64,000 bases of DNA, from NCBI GenBank assembly GCA_964611035.1, contig CAZSWT010000002.1:7437-71436 (forward strand), read 5' to 3'. The notes beneath the pieces are model-generated. The model ran no database searches. It saw only the letters and a program-made list of their open reading frames with translations, and was not told where the DNA came from. Positions 28,797-38,872 of this stretch are shown here, piece after piece; position 1 is the stretch's first letter; each line of letters begins with the position of its first letter. The translations under genes and the position numbers were made by a program. The stretch is from an uncultured Desulfobacteraceae bacterium. GTDB lineage: Bacteria > Desulfobacterota > DSM-4660 > Desulfatiglandales > B25-G16.

Positions 28797-30161
28797 ATGG
28801 CTATGCCTAAAAAGAAAGTAGATACGGTTTATTCTCCCTATAAGGTCCCCCCACATAATCTGGAGGCTGAACAGGCTATAGTGGGAGGGATATTAATCAA
28901 TAATGATGCGCTTAATCAGGTTGTGGATATCCTCTCTGGTGAAGATTTTTATAGAGAGGCCCATGCACTCATATATGAGGGAATGCTTACCCTATATAAT
29001 AGGGATGATCCGGTAGATGTAATAACCCTTTCCCAGGTGTTAAAGGAAAAAGGTGCCCTGGATAAGGTAGGAGGGACGGAGTATTTAGCCTCTCTGGCAG
29101 AGGCAACAGCAACTTCTGCTGGAATAATGTATCATGCTGAAATTGTGAAAGATTTATCTACACGAAGAAATCTGATTCGACAATGTTCTCATATATCTGA
29201 AGTATGTTTTGAGCCTGGCAATGATACTGAAGACATTCTTGATTCAGCCGAACAGTATATATTTGAGATAGGTGAAAGGAATATAGATCAAAACTTTTTA
29301 CAGCTCGATGAAGTTGTCAAGAACAGTTTCAAGAAAATAGAAACCACTACGGGCAGTAATATAACAGGTATTTCAACCGGATTTACCGATTTTGATAATC
29401 TCACCTCTGGTCTTCAACACTCTGATTTTATAATTATTGCTGGGAGGCCAAGCATGGGTAAAACAGCATTGGCCTTAAATATTGCACTTAATGCTGCACT
29501 TGTAGATAAAGTAGGTGTAGCGGTATTCTCACTTGAGATGTCAAGCCTCCAACTCGGCATCAGGCTATTGGGCTGTGATGCTATGATAGATGCATGGAAA
29601 TTAAGGAAAGGAGCTCTGCAAGATGATGAATACCTTCGTTTAACAGACTCGGCTAATAGACTTTCAGAGTTACCTATCTATATTGATGATTCGTCTGGTT
29701 TGTCTTCCCTGGAGATAAAGGCAAAGGCCAGACGATTGAAAAAAAAGCACAATATATCGTTAGTTATTATCGATTACCTCCAATTAATGCAGAGCAAAAA
29801 GGCGGTTGAATCAAGACAGTTGGAGATTTCTGATATATCAAGATCTTTGAAGGCTCTTGCAAAGGATTTAGATATCCCTGTTCTGGCAGTTTCACAGTTG
29901 AACAGGAAGGTTGAGGACAGGCCCAATAAGAGACCGATGTTAGCTGATTTGAGGGAGTCAGGTGCTATAGAGCAGGATGCAGATCTGATCTTGTTTATTT
30001 ATCGAGAAGAACTGTATAATCGGACAGAGGAAAACAAGGGAAAGGCAGAACTTATTGTTGCCAAACATAGAAATGGTCCTACTGGCTTAGTTAATTTGAC
30101 ATTTAGGGAAAAATATACAAAATTCCAAAATTACTATAAAGATGATTTAGTAGAAGGGTGA
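28797..30161 (+). CDS. dnaB: replicative DNA helicase
   Basis: PPHNLEAEQAIVGGIL, Walker A GRPSMGKTA, IIDYLQLM and SQLNR. ATG 28797 lies just after the rplI stop. Confidence 0.9.
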   Translation: MAMPKKKVDTVYSPYKVPPHNLEAEQAIVGGILINNDALNQVVDILSGEDFYREAHALIYEGMLTLYNRDDPVDVITLSQVLKEKGALDKVGGTEYLASLAEATATSAGIMYHAEIVKDLSTRRNLIRQCSHISEVCFEPGNDTEDILDSAEQYIFEIGERNIDQNFLQLDEVVKNSFKKIETTTGSNITGISTGFTDFDNLTSGLQHSDFIIIAGRPSMGKTALALNIALNAALVDKVGVAVFSLEMSSLQLGIRLLGCDAMIDAWKLRKGALQDDEYLRLTDSANRLSELPIYIDDSSGLSSLEIKAKARRLKKKHNISLVIIDYLQLMQSKKAVESRQLEISDISRSLKALAKDLDIPVLAVSQLNRKVEDRPNKRPMLADLRESGAIEQDADLILFIYREELYNRTEENKGKAELIVAKHRNGPTGLVNLTFREKYTKFQNYYKDDLVEG

Positions 30162-30216
30162 GAAAGAAGAACATTTGTTGAATGACAACTTTCATATAAC
30201 AACTTGAGGCATAGCC

Positions 30217-31830
30217 ATAGAGAAGGTATATGGCAAAATTGGTGGTCTCAAGGCCAGCCATTTAAAAAGACTCCACACTATTTATAGACGACGCATCTCA
30301 GAAGATGCGATAGTTTCTCGTGAGATAGCACGCCGATTAGCTGAAATTTCTTCAGACATTAAGAAACAGGTAGCACTCCTTGTAGGAAGAAGAGGGGATG
30401 TGGAATATGTGGTTGTGGGCAATGATCACAGCATTCTTATTCCTGATTTAGCTCGGTTTAGATCTGGCGTTGGTAGACTTAAAGGCCTTAGGTGTATCCA
30501 TACTCATCTCCATGGAGAGCCATTAAGTCAAGAAGATTTAATGGATTTAGCCCTCCTAAAGCTGGATTTAATGGTGTGCCTAAACATTACCAATAATGGT
30601 GTTCCTGCTGATCTTTATTATGCCCATATCCTTCCCAAAAATAATTCAGGGCAGCCATGGATTATAGAACATATACCTGATATTGGCAGACTCAATCTCA
30701 ATTTTTTAGAATTTATAAGAGATCTCGAAGCTCAGCTTGCCAAAACAGGAACACGCATTGGTATGGAAAAAAAAGAAAGGGCTGTCCTTGTACGTGTAAA
30801 TAAGTCCTCGAGGCAGGAGGCAGAGGAATCACTTGAGGAATTAAAAGAGCTGTCAATTACTGGTAATCTCCTGGTTGTAGATTCTATTATTCAGAGAAAA
30901 ACACATTTAGATTCACGGTTTCTTTTAGGGAAAGGAAAACTAAGCGAATTAGTTGTACGTTCTCTTCAAGCAGGTGCAGACCTCCTAATCTTTGATGGTG
31001 AGCTCACCCCTGCACAAGTCAGGGTTCTGACAGATTCTACAGAAATGAAGATGATTGATAGAACACAGTTGATATTAGATATATTTGTTAGAAGGGCAAT
31101 CACACGAGAAGGAAAAATTCAGGTAGAACTCGCTCAATTACGGTATGTATTGCCCAGATTAATTACCAAAAATACCGCAATGTCAAGACTTACTGGTGGG
31201 ATAGGCGGGAGAGGACCAGGAGAGACAAAGCTGGAAATCAATAGGAGGAGGGTAAGGGATAGGATTACCCTGCTAAATAAAGAATTGGCAGAGATTAGGT
31301 GCCAGAGGAAAGAGAGAAGAAAAAAAAGAAAAAATAGGGGTATGCCGGTAATCTCAATTGTCGGGTATACAAATGCAGGAAAATCCACCCTCCTTAATGC
31401 CTTTACAAGAAGTCATGTGAAGGTAGAAAACAGGCTTTTTATAACACTTGATACTGCAAGCCGCTATCTCAGGCTGAAGAAGGGGGATGCCATTATTACT
31501 GATACAGTTGGTTTTATCAAGGATTTACCAGAGGATCTTTTTAAGGCCTTTGCTGCGACCCTTGAGGAACTTCATGAAGCAGATCTTCTTCTTCATGTAG
31601 CAGATATGAGTAATTCAAGATTGAAAGATCAGATAGGGTCAGTAAAAAAAATCTTGGACAGTCTTGATCTAACTGAGATACCAACTATTTTAGTGTTAAA
31701 CAAAATCGATAGGCTGAACAAATCCCAGATCGATCATTTCGCTACGAGGCTCGGTGGAATCCCGATATCAGCTATACATCCATCTACCCTACCAAAACTG
31801 AGAAAAGCAATTGAAGGTATTATTTTCTGA
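30217..31830 (+). CDS. hflX: GTPase HflX (long form). The 5' end is uncertain: the first canonical start is GTG 30400, but conserved N-terminal sequence is encoded from about 30208.
   Basis: G1 GYTNAGKSTLLN, G3 DTVGF and G4 NKID. Upstream in-frame sequence ...KVYGKIGGLKASHLKRLHTIYRRRISEDAIVSREIARRLAEIS... has no ATG/GTG/TTG. ATA 30217 lies 7 nt after GAGG. Confidence 0.8.
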   Translation: MEKVYGKIGGLKASHLKRLHTIYRRRISEDAIVSREIARRLAEISSDIKKQVALLVGRRGDVEYVVVGNDHSILIPDLARFRSGVGRLKGLRCIHTHLHGEPLSQEDLMDLALLKLDLMVCLNITNNGVPADLYYAHILPKNNSGQPWIIEHIPDIGRLNLNFLEFIRDLEAQLAKTGTRIGMEKKERAVLVRVNKSSRQEAEESLEELKELSITGNLLVVDSIIQRKTHLDSRFLLGKGKLSELVVRSLQAGADLLIFDGELTPAQVRVLTDSTEMKMIDRTQLILDIFVRRAITREGKIQVELAQLRYVLPRLITKNTAMSRLTGGIGGRGPGETKLEINRRRVRDRITLLNKELAEIRCQRKERRKKRKNRGMPVISIVGYTNAGKSTLLNAFTRSHVKVENRLFITLDTASRYLRLKKGDAIITDTVGFIKDLPEDLFKAFAATLEELHEADLLLHVADMSNSRLKDQIGSVKKILDSLDLTEIPTILVLNKIDRLNKSQIDHFATRLGGIPISAIHPSTLPKLRKAIEGIIF

Positions 31831-31861
31831 TTACGCACCAACCAAGAGAGGTTGTTTTTTA

Positions 31862-32887
31862 TTATGACGCAGTCGTGCCCTGCCAGCTACTAGATTTGAT
31901 TTTTTGTTGTTTCCTTGTAACAATGAGGCTCTGACAAGAAGGAATAGAATTTATTAATTTCATTCCTTGGGCTGGGTCAAGGGTAAAGAGTGTGGTTGAA
32001 AGTGCATCAGCTTCTATTGCTGTAGGCGCCTGAACAGAGACGCTCGCATTAATAACAGGAGATAATCCCGTTTTAGGGTTGATAATATGATGAAAGATTT
32101 TTTCCTTGTCAAAAAATACCTCATAATTACCAGAGGTGGCTATAGACCTGTTTGTGATAGCGACTATGTCAGGGTAATTTTTTTTCTTTAGCGGGTCTTC
32201 GATGGCAATTTTCCATGGTCTGTTATTGCCTTTGTCACCTATTGTCCTAATGTCTCCCCCTGCATTTATAAGTGCATGTTTGATCCCCTGTTTCATTAGT
32301 GTCTCAATTGCCTTATCCACAATAAAGCCTTTCGCAATACCATCCAGAGTAATTCCCATGCCATCCTTTTTAAAGGACATATCATTTCCATGTAAAGAAA
32401 TCAGTTCGGCATTAACAAGTTCCAAGAGCTCAGCAATCTTTTCCTTATTTTGGATAACCTTTTTTTGGTCTTTAAAAGATTGAGCCAATAGATCTAAGAC
32501 TGGTTTCACAGTAATATCAAAAAAGCCATTACTGATTTGGTGATACTGCAAGGATTTTTTAATAACAAAGGAAAGTTCAGGAGGAACTTTATTACAAAAT
32601 CCGTCACGGTTCAGCAGTGCTACAGGGCTATCAGAATCAAACCGGCTCATTATCTTTGTAAGTCTTTCTATCTCTTCAAAGGCTAAGGCGATAGATTCCT
32701 CTGCATGGTCTTTGGAGGGATTAAAAGTGGTTATCGACACTATTGTTCCCATGCCTGTCCTGGATCTTGAGACCTTATAAAGATTTTTATCAAATTTTAG
32801 TGCTTCGGCAGAACGTATCCCTACAGGGAATGTAGCCAGCCCCAGGCCAAGCATACCAGAAATTTTCAGAAAATCTCTCCTTTTCAT
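31862..32887 (-). CDS. apbE: FAD:protein FMN transferase (ApbE family), Tat/lipoprotein-type export signal
   Basis: MKRRDFLKISGMLGLG (twin-arginine) and DGIAKGF...ATSGNYE ApbE motifs. Confidence 0.8.
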   Translation of the reverse strand: MKRRDFLKISGMLGLGLATFPVGIRSAEALKFDKNLYKVSRSRTGMGTIVSITTFNPSKDHAEESIALAFEEIERLTKIMSRFDSDSPVALLNRDGFCNKVPPELSFVIKKSLQYHQISNGFFDITVKPVLDLLAQSFKDQKKVIQNKEKIAELLELVNAELISLHGNDMSFKKDGMGITLDGIAKGFIVDKAIETLMKQGIKHALINAGGDIRTIGDKGNNRPWKIAIEDPLKKKNYPDIVAITNRSIATSGNYEVFFDKEKIFHHIINPKTGLSPVINASVSVQAPTAIEADALSTTLFTLDPAQGMKLINSIPSCQSLIVTRKQQKIKSSSWQGTTAS

Positions 32888-33034
32888 ACATCCGTGCTCT
32901 ATCCATTTAAAGGATTCTCTATGCATTGTATTCCTCCAGAATAAATTTTGTTACCTATCGATTTTTATGTGAATAATGTTACATTTCTCTTAAATCTAAA
33001 ATTCGAAATACCCTATATCATTTGGATAAATAGA

Positions 33035-33346
33035 TTACAAGATCTTTTTCTTGTTAATTTTTTGCTTACTCTTCTCAACTATCATGTCATAGTGTATTTT
33101 TTTGTTCTTAATGGTTACAATGAATTTTACCTGTTTTCCATGTAGAATATGTTCTTCAGATTGTCTCCTGAGGTTGGCAAAGTCTGCTGTCTCAAGGAAA
33201 GACATAAGAAGCTCTATTTTTCCCTCAAGCCTTTTATCCTCTCTTCTTTTTTTAAGATAGTTATTCACATTTTTCCAGTATTCGCTTTTCGCCACAGTCT
33301 CAATACAATGAGATACCGTTGGAGCCAGTACTATTCGGATTGCCAT
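33035..33346 (-). CDS. hypothetical protein
   Basis: 103-codon Lys-rich ORF upstream of and co-oriented with apbE. No motif recognised. Confidence 0.35.
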   Translation of the reverse strand: MAIRIVLAPTVSHCIETVAKSEYWKNVNNYLKKRREDKRLEGKIELLMSFLETADFANLRRQSEEHILHGKQVKFIVTIKNKKIHYDMIVEKSKQKINKKKIL

Positions 33347-33448
33347 TGTGCAGTATATCCCCTTATTTATCTATCATCTCGTTTGCAATATTGTGACCCG
33401 ATAAAGTTGATTGTGATGCTCTTTTTCTATACATATATTAGTAACTAA

Positions 33449-33642
33449 TCAGGTTATCAGGTTCACGTCTGCCCGCCCCAATTGTATCGGGACAGGCGGG
33501 GTTCAAGGCTCAGGATTAGCTACTTTACGCTCGTGATATTTTTTGAGTCAATTTATGGCAGTTGGCTAGCTTCAATACCTTTCCCGTCCAGGCGGGGCTC
33601 AGCCTTCATCGCTTCTTAACCTTGAACGGTGAACCTTAGAAC
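33449..33642. repeat. structured repeat region (GTTCA words plus CCCGCC/GGCGGG hairpins)
   Basis: CAGGTTCACG...CTGCCCGCCCC...GACAGGCGGGG...CCAGGCGGGG...CCTTGAACGGTGAACCTTAGAAC. Related to the words at 18089-18319, 38681-38712 and 44720-44860. Confidence 0.4.
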
Positions 33643-33676
33643 TTTTAACTTGGGTAGTTATATATTATATCTTTCA

Positions 33677-33705
33677 TTGATAAAACCACGCTATAGTGCT
33701 ATAAA
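33677..33705 (+). promoter_or_regulatory. possible sigma70 promoter of the 33768 gene
   Basis: TTGATA-17-TATAAA. The spacer contains CACGCTATA, as in the 14702 promoter. The gene has a strong SD (AGGAGG) and a GTG start. Confidence 0.35.
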
Positions 33706-33767
33706 TTTTTTAAATTATATCGCGGCAGAGTTGATCACATATATATAATCAGCCAGGAGGTAAGAGT

Positions 33768-34334
33768 GTGACGAAAAAATTTATTTTTATCCTCTTTATT
33801 ATTATTTTTATTGTTTCATCTTTTGGTCCGCTTTTGGCTCATAATAGAAAAGCCTCTGAAATAACCGTTGAAGAGAGCATTAAAGAAATTTTGGATTCTG
33901 TCAATGAAATTATAAAGTCCGGTATCCAGGCTATCGAGGAAGAATTAAAGGAATTTCAAAAGGAATTAAAAGAAAAAGGAGGCACTGTCCACAGAAAGGC
34001 AGAGAGGTCCATAGTGGAGAAACTTCAAAAAATACTTATAGAACTAAGGAAAATAGAAAAGGCCATGAAGGAAAATCTGGCAGAAGGAAAAGACCTCTCA
34101 AAAGAGAAACGTGAGCAATATAGAAATAATCGGCAAAACCTGGAAGAAAAGGTAGCTCAGCTTAAAAAGAGAATAAAAGAATTTACTGAAGATATAGAAA
34201 AGGAATACAGGTTACTAAAAGAGCCTATCAGTAAAAGAGCTCAAGAGCTTCTTAAGGAAATGGAAAGGGCTATTAATCGCATGCAAGAAAGGCTGAAAAG
34301 GAAGCGCAGTACTGATAAAACCCTCTCCATATGA
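33768..34334 (+). CDS. secreted Lys/Glu-rich coiled-coil protein (hypothetical)
   Basis: Signal-like KKFIFILFIIIFIVSSFGPLLA, followed by heptad-like charged repeats. Confidence 0.5.
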   Translation: MTKKFIFILFIIIFIVSSFGPLLAHNRKASEITVEESIKEILDSVNEIIKSGIQAIEEELKEFQKELKEKGGTVHRKAERSIVEKLQKILIELRKIEKAMKENLAEGKDLSKEKREQYRNNRQNLEEKVAQLKKRIKEFTEDIEKEYRLLKEPISKRAQELLKEMERAINRMQERLKRKRSTDKTLSI

Positions 34335-34413
34335 TGAGAGCTTTGCTAACTCATATTTCCTTAAAGAGGATGAGCTTTTCTTCAGTTCCAAGGCTCTCGG
34401 GCTGGTCTTTTCA

Positions 34414-34496
34414 GCAACTTATCTGCGGGGGAGTTTTGCCCCCTCCGCATTGCCCCGATAAATCTGGGCCTGCGGTTTCCCCCACTGATAAGTTGC
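34414..34496. repeat. stem-enclosed GC-rich hairpin element between convergent genes
   Basis: Outer arms GCAACTTATC and GATAAGTTGC are perfect 10 bp. The inner sequence is TGCGGGGGAGTTTTGCCCCCTCCGCA followed by CCCCGATAAATCTGGGCC. Confidence 0.5.
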
Positions 34497-34609
34497 GAAA
34501 AGACAGCGCCCTTACACCAGTCACTTCAGAAAAGTCCATCCTCTTCATTAGGGTGACAAAAATTGTCAGGTTTTGCAAAGCTCTAATGATGTAGTGTAGC
34601 TGCGAGTTG

Positions 34610-35347
34610 TTATTCAAATTTTAAATTTATGGTGAAAATTCTATTCGAGTCTTTTTCTTTCAATTGTAACCTGAGTAATTTGGCGGACTTTGCTTCTCCA
34701 GGAAAGAATATAAAGCCATAACTAAGGTTATTGGGAGAAAGGGATTTACTTTTCAAGCTTTTGCTTTCAAAGTCTTCCATGACCTCTCTTCGGGCCTGAT
34801 ATGCTGAGTCATAGCCTTTTAAACCGCCTGCAGTTCCTCCTGCAGCAGCACCTATAGCTGCTCCCTTTCCTGCTGCAGAGGCAACATTTTCACCAGTAAC
34901 AATACCAATAGCTGCTCCAATGAGTGCACCAGCAGTCGCAGACATTACACCTGCATAAGCTCCTTCCTTAAAGATCTTTTTGGTTTGCGCGTATTTCGTT
35001 ACCCTCTCGTATGCAAATTTATCTGTTAACACAGGCCAGAGGTTACCTTCTTTATCCTGAAGAAATGTTTGATTGGCAACAATATATAGTCCTTTTTGGC
35101 CTTGGTTATCTGCCACAATTTGAACCGGAAGCATGCCTGCTGATCTTACATCAAAACCAAAGGCCTCTTGAGCTTCCTTTTTGTCAACAAAAGCCCTTGA
35201 GCCGATTGTGGCATTCGCAACCTGAGTAGCATTTGGATAAGCAGATGGATACTTAAATGATAGTGGCCTGGCCTTGTAAGAAGGGGCGCAGCCTGATAAA
35301 AAGAAAATAAATATAATAGTTAAGCATAAAAAATAATTCTTTTTCAT
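34610..35347 (-). CDS. lipoprotein with glycine-zipper region (hypothetical)
   Basis: MKKNYFLCLTIIFIFFLSGC lipobox and GAAIGAAAGGTAGG glycine zipper. ATG 35347 sits behind GGAG. Confidence 0.55.
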   Translation of the reverse strand: MKKNYFLCLTIIFIFFLSGCAPSYKARPLSFKYPSAYPNATQVANATIGSRAFVDKKEAQEAFGFDVRSAGMLPVQIVADNQGQKGLYIVANQTFLQDKEGNLWPVLTDKFAYERVTKYAQTKKIFKEGAYAGVMSATAGALIGAAIGIVTGENVASAAGKGAAIGAAAGGTAGGLKGYDSAYQARREVMEDFESKSLKSKSLSPNNLSYGFIFFPGEAKSAKLLRLQLKEKDSNRIFTINLKFE

Positions 35348-35424
35348 AATTTTTTTCTCCATTAGTCAATATAAATTAATAATAGAATATTCTCGGTAAA
35401 TGTCCAGATTTTTTTAAAAAATAC

Positions 35425-36411
35425 TTATTCATTGGTAAGGTTACGTAATGAGATATGTTGAAGTAAAAATAGCAGTGAGCCTAAAATAACAGTAGGAATA
35501 AATCCTGAGGCATGAAGAAGAATGGCCATTGATAATGCCTTTTCCTTGCTGAAACCATAAAAGATTAATCCATATTGGCATGCCACATGAAATGTACCGA
35601 TATATCCAGGCGCAGATGGCAATGTGACACTAAGACACAGTAGTATCAGAATAAAAAAAGGGGCTAAAAAAGGCAATGACAAACCCATTGAAAAACAAAG
35701 GATGTAAATCTGAAATGCAGTAAGACACCAAAGTGTAAGAGAGTAAAATATTACTGCGAAAAGTTGAGATGGACCTTTAACAAGGACAAGACCGTTGCTG
35801 AAATCTTTCAGCATATCAACAATCCTCTTTCTTATTTTATGCGGTAAAAAGAAAAGAAAACGTCCAAAGATATTGAGAAAGGTGTGGGTCTTTCTTTTCA
35901 GCCCGATAAGGAGAAAAATTGAAACGATAAAAAGAATTAACAGGAAAAATCCTCCTGCTTTTAGGGCCTTTTCTATTGATTCCCATTCAGAAGGGAAATC
36001 ATTAAAAAGGATAACAAATAATACCATTAGAAGTATGGTAAAAACATCAAAGAGTCTCTCAATAACAATGGTTGCTAATGAGGCACTTTTACTTATGTTT
36101 TCCATACGTCCAATGTAGTTTGCCCTTATAAATTCACCCAATCGTGCGGGAAGAACATAGTTTGCGGCAAAACCTATAACTGTGGAAGAAAATAGACTGA
36201 ATAGACCGATTTTTTTTATTGGCTCTAAAAGATGAAACCATCGTAAGGCCCGTATAAAATAGAAGGAAAAAGTTAACACGACAATTGGGATAAAAAAAAG
36301 AATATTAGTTGATTTAATGGATAAATACAGGAGGCTTAAATCCACATTATGAAATGCAATATATAGAAATACGACACTAATTAAAAGACCAAGCCAGAAT
36401 TTCCATTTCAT
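35425..36411 (-). CDS. UPF0104 / lysylphosphatidylglycerol-synthase-TM-type (flippase-like) membrane protein
   Basis: Polytopic membrane protein with the pattern FIRALRW...LPARLGEFIRA typical of this family. Confidence 0.6.
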   Translation of the reverse strand: MKWKFWLGLLISVVFLYIAFHNVDLSLLYLSIKSTNILFFIPIVVLTFSFYFIRALRWFHLLEPIKKIGLFSLFSSTVIGFAANYVLPARLGEFIRANYIGRMENISKSASLATIVIERLFDVFTILLMVLFVILFNDFPSEWESIEKALKAGGFFLLILFIVSIFLLIGLKRKTHTFLNIFGRFLFFLPHKIRKRIVDMLKDFSNGLVLVKGPSQLFAVIFYSLTLWCLTAFQIYILCFSMGLSLPFLAPFFILILLCLSVTLPSAPGYIGTFHVACQYGLIFYGFSKEKALSMAILLHASGFIPTVILGSLLFLLQHISLRNLTNE

Positions 36412-37349
36412 GGTGTATCTTTTTTCTTTTGAAAGAATTCCCGTGCCTGATTAACATCTTCATCGATCTGCTGGGAAAGCTCTTTGCTGCTTGCAAAAGT
36501 TATTTCATCCCGTAGGTGGGAAAGAAAATTAACCTTAATCTTTTGCTTTAATATATTGGCAGATAAATCAAAAATATAGGTCTCAACCGACAAGGTTTTA
36601 TCCTTGAATGTCGGATTATAGCCGATGTTGGTCAATCCTTGATAAATCTTGCCGCCTATATCTATTAAAACAATATACACACCCTCCTTTGGTATTAGCT
36701 CATCAGTCAATTTTAGGTTTGCCGTAGGGTAGCCTAATAAAGGACCACCCCTATTCCTACCGCTAATAACCTCTCCTCTTATCTGGTAATTCCTTCCAAG
36801 TAATTTTTTTGCACCTACTACATTTCCTTCCATAATAAGGTTTCTGATTGATGTACTCGATACCAAAACATTTCCTGTATAAACGGGATCTACTTGCTGG
36901 ACATTAAAATTGAACAGAGAACCCATTTCTCTCAGGACTTCTATATTACCTTGTCTGTTATGGCCAAAGGTATAATCATAGCCAACTACTATCTCTTTAA
37001 CCCTTAATTTATCCACCAAGATATCTTTTACAAAATCTCTGGCTGAAATAGCAGCAAATTCTGCTGTAAACTTTATTATAAGAAGTAAGTCGATCCCTTG
37101 ATTTATTATCAGTTCTTTCTTTTGTTCTAAAAGCGTTATGAGTGGTTTAGCCTTCGTTGGAAACATTACCTTTATAGGATGTGGTTCAAATGTAATAACC
37201 ACAGATATTCCGTGTAAACCCCTGGCCCTCTCTATAATCTTTTTAAAAATTTTCTGATGTGCCCAATGGACTCCATCAAAGTTTCCTATAGTAACTACAG
37301 GATTTGTAATATTTTTAGGGAGATTATTGAGATTACAAATAATGCTCAT
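36408..37349 (-). CDS. ribF: bifunctional riboflavin kinase / FMN adenylyltransferase
   Basis: TIGNFDGVHWAHQ...GYDYTFG...GRNRGGPLLGYPTANL. Confidence 0.9.
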   Translation of the reverse strand: MSIICNLNNLPKNITNPVVTIGNFDGVHWAHQKIFKKIIERARGLHGISVVITFEPHPIKVMFPTKAKPLITLLEQKKELIINQGIDLLLIIKFTAEFAAISARDFVKDILVDKLRVKEIVVGYDYTFGHNRQGNIEVLREMGSLFNFNVQQVDPVYTGNVLVSSTSIRNLIMEGNVVGAKKLLGRNYQIRGEVISGRNRGGPLLGYPTANLKLTDELIPKEGVYIVLIDIGGKIYQGLTNIGYNPTFKDKTLSVETYIFDLSANILKQKIKVNFLSHLRDEITFASSKELSQQIDEDVNQAREFFQKKKDTP

Positions 37350-37407
37350 AATGAATTAACTGATCAATGAAAAATTATCAATTATTCCCAATAGATCGGG
37401 ACTAATT

Positions 37408-38199
37408 TTAAATTGTAATATGCAGGCTCAGGTAATTATCAACAATCTTAATCACTTTTTTAAGTTCTTGAGTTTCTGGAAGAGTAGAGGCAATCTTTTC
37501 TATATAGTTCCGTTTCTTAATTTCTTGGAATGTCGGATAAAAATTTATATCATATACCCAACCGATTTGTAGAAGTTTAAAGTCATTTAAATTTTTAATG
37601 GCACTTGAACTTGATGTTTGACAGGAATACAGATCATTCAAAACTGTATTAGAATATCCAGGGGTATCTGGCAATCCTAATTCGAGAACCGGATTATGAT
37701 TATAATTTTGTTCTCTATAATAATTTATTACTACCCTCCAGATGTCCAGTTTATCTGCATCCCTGAGTAATTTGCAAAAAAAGAGACAACGAGGGTCTAT
37801 ATCCGCAGGAAGCGTATGAATATTGTGATAAATGATGCCCTTTATAATCAAATTTTTTTCCACCTCAGTTAAATCTTTTAAGATGTGCGAATTTGTAAGT
37901 ATCTGTGTTCCTATTTTTGCATGATCTTCAGAGAGATCATCCCTGAATGTTCTATATTTTTGATACTGATAAAAGCGCCCGATATCATGAAACAGACCGA
38001 GAACTTCTGCAATTAATATATCATTCTCAGATAAGTTTAATCTCTGGCCGATACCTATTATCTCTTCTCTTACTTTCCAGGAATGCTCTTCTTTTAGATG
38101 GATAGCCCAGTCGTTTTCTTGATCCTGGCCTTTAGAGTAAAAATTTGATACGTAATCATTAAACCAGGATTGAAAATATTTTACATTATCTCTGTTCAT
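37408..38199 (-). CDS. HD-domain phosphohydrolase
   Basis: LGLFHDIGRF and RDADKLDI motifs. Confidence 0.65.
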   Translation of the reverse strand: MNRDNVKYFQSWFNDYVSNFYSKGQDQENDWAIHLKEEHSWKVREEIIGIGQRLNLSENDILIAEVLGLFHDIGRFYQYQKYRTFRDDLSEDHAKIGTQILTNSHILKDLTEVEKNLIIKGIIYHNIHTLPADIDPRCLFFCKLLRDADKLDIWRVVINYYREQNYNHNPVLELGLPDTPGYSNTVLNDLYSCQTSSSSAIKNLNDFKLLQIGWVYDINFYPTFQEIKKRNYIEKIASTLPETQELKKVIKIVDNYLSLHITI

Positions 38200-38872
38200 T
38201 TTATTGCATCTTGGAAAACTACGTCCTCTGGGCCTCCGGCTCGTAGATCCTACGGCTCGGAGAGCGCGGTCAGAGTTCTTTGGCTATGCCTGGAAATAAA
38301 AAAGGGAGTATTGGCATAAAAACAGAAGATTATTATGTTTTTCTGTTTTGTTTTTAGCATTACTCCATTATTCCCTGGCCCAGACCTGATTTACAAAGCA
38401 TATTTATTTTATATTTTGTTTAAGAGTTATTACAATGATAATAATACTTTCTAAGTAAGTCGCACCAGGGCGGGCCATCACTCCATTATTCCAAAAAACA
38501 CTGAAATGACAGGCATCACAAATCCGCCATACTTCTGGCGGATAACTCAAAGCCACGTCATCTGGGCGTGGATTCGTTACTATATGAGTAGGCATAATTT
38601 CCTTTCATTCAGCTGTGCTATATGCCTTTTCTTTGAAAGTTCTTTATCCTATTTCTAATTTATTAACAACCTTTAATCTTAACCGTTCACAGGTTCACAG
38701 GTTCAGTGTTGATCTAAAACCCGCCTGCCATGCGAGACCTGAGAATATATGGAAGAACATGTTATTGGGCTGTTCAGAGCATGTTTGAAGAAATAAATCG
38801 GAGTTAAGGCATGAGCGGGCAGGTCAAGCACTTTCCAGCCTATGAGCAAGGTTATTGAAAGAAGGGTACTAC

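Noticed and set aside
30205-30207. In-frame TGA upstream of hflX as selenocysteine or genetic-code reassignment
   Set aside because: TGA is used as an ordinary stop by several well-supported genes here (for example dnaB at 30159-30161 and the ORF ending at 20407). I saw no SECIS-like hairpin directly downstream. A non-canonical start or an error is the more economical explanation.
34331-34617. ORFs of 87 aa (+) and 68 aa (-) between the convergent genes at 34334 and 34610
   Set aside because: Both are translations of the GC-rich stem-enclosed hairpin element, and they overlap each other on opposite strands.
38404-38595. 63-aa minus-strand ORF (MPTHIVTNPRPDDVALSYPPEVWRICDACHF...) with an AAGGA-like RBS
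   Set aside because: It lies in a repeat-rich spacer (the direct repeats ACTCCATTATTCC overlap it), and no motif is recognised. It is kept only as a note; it could be a real small protein.
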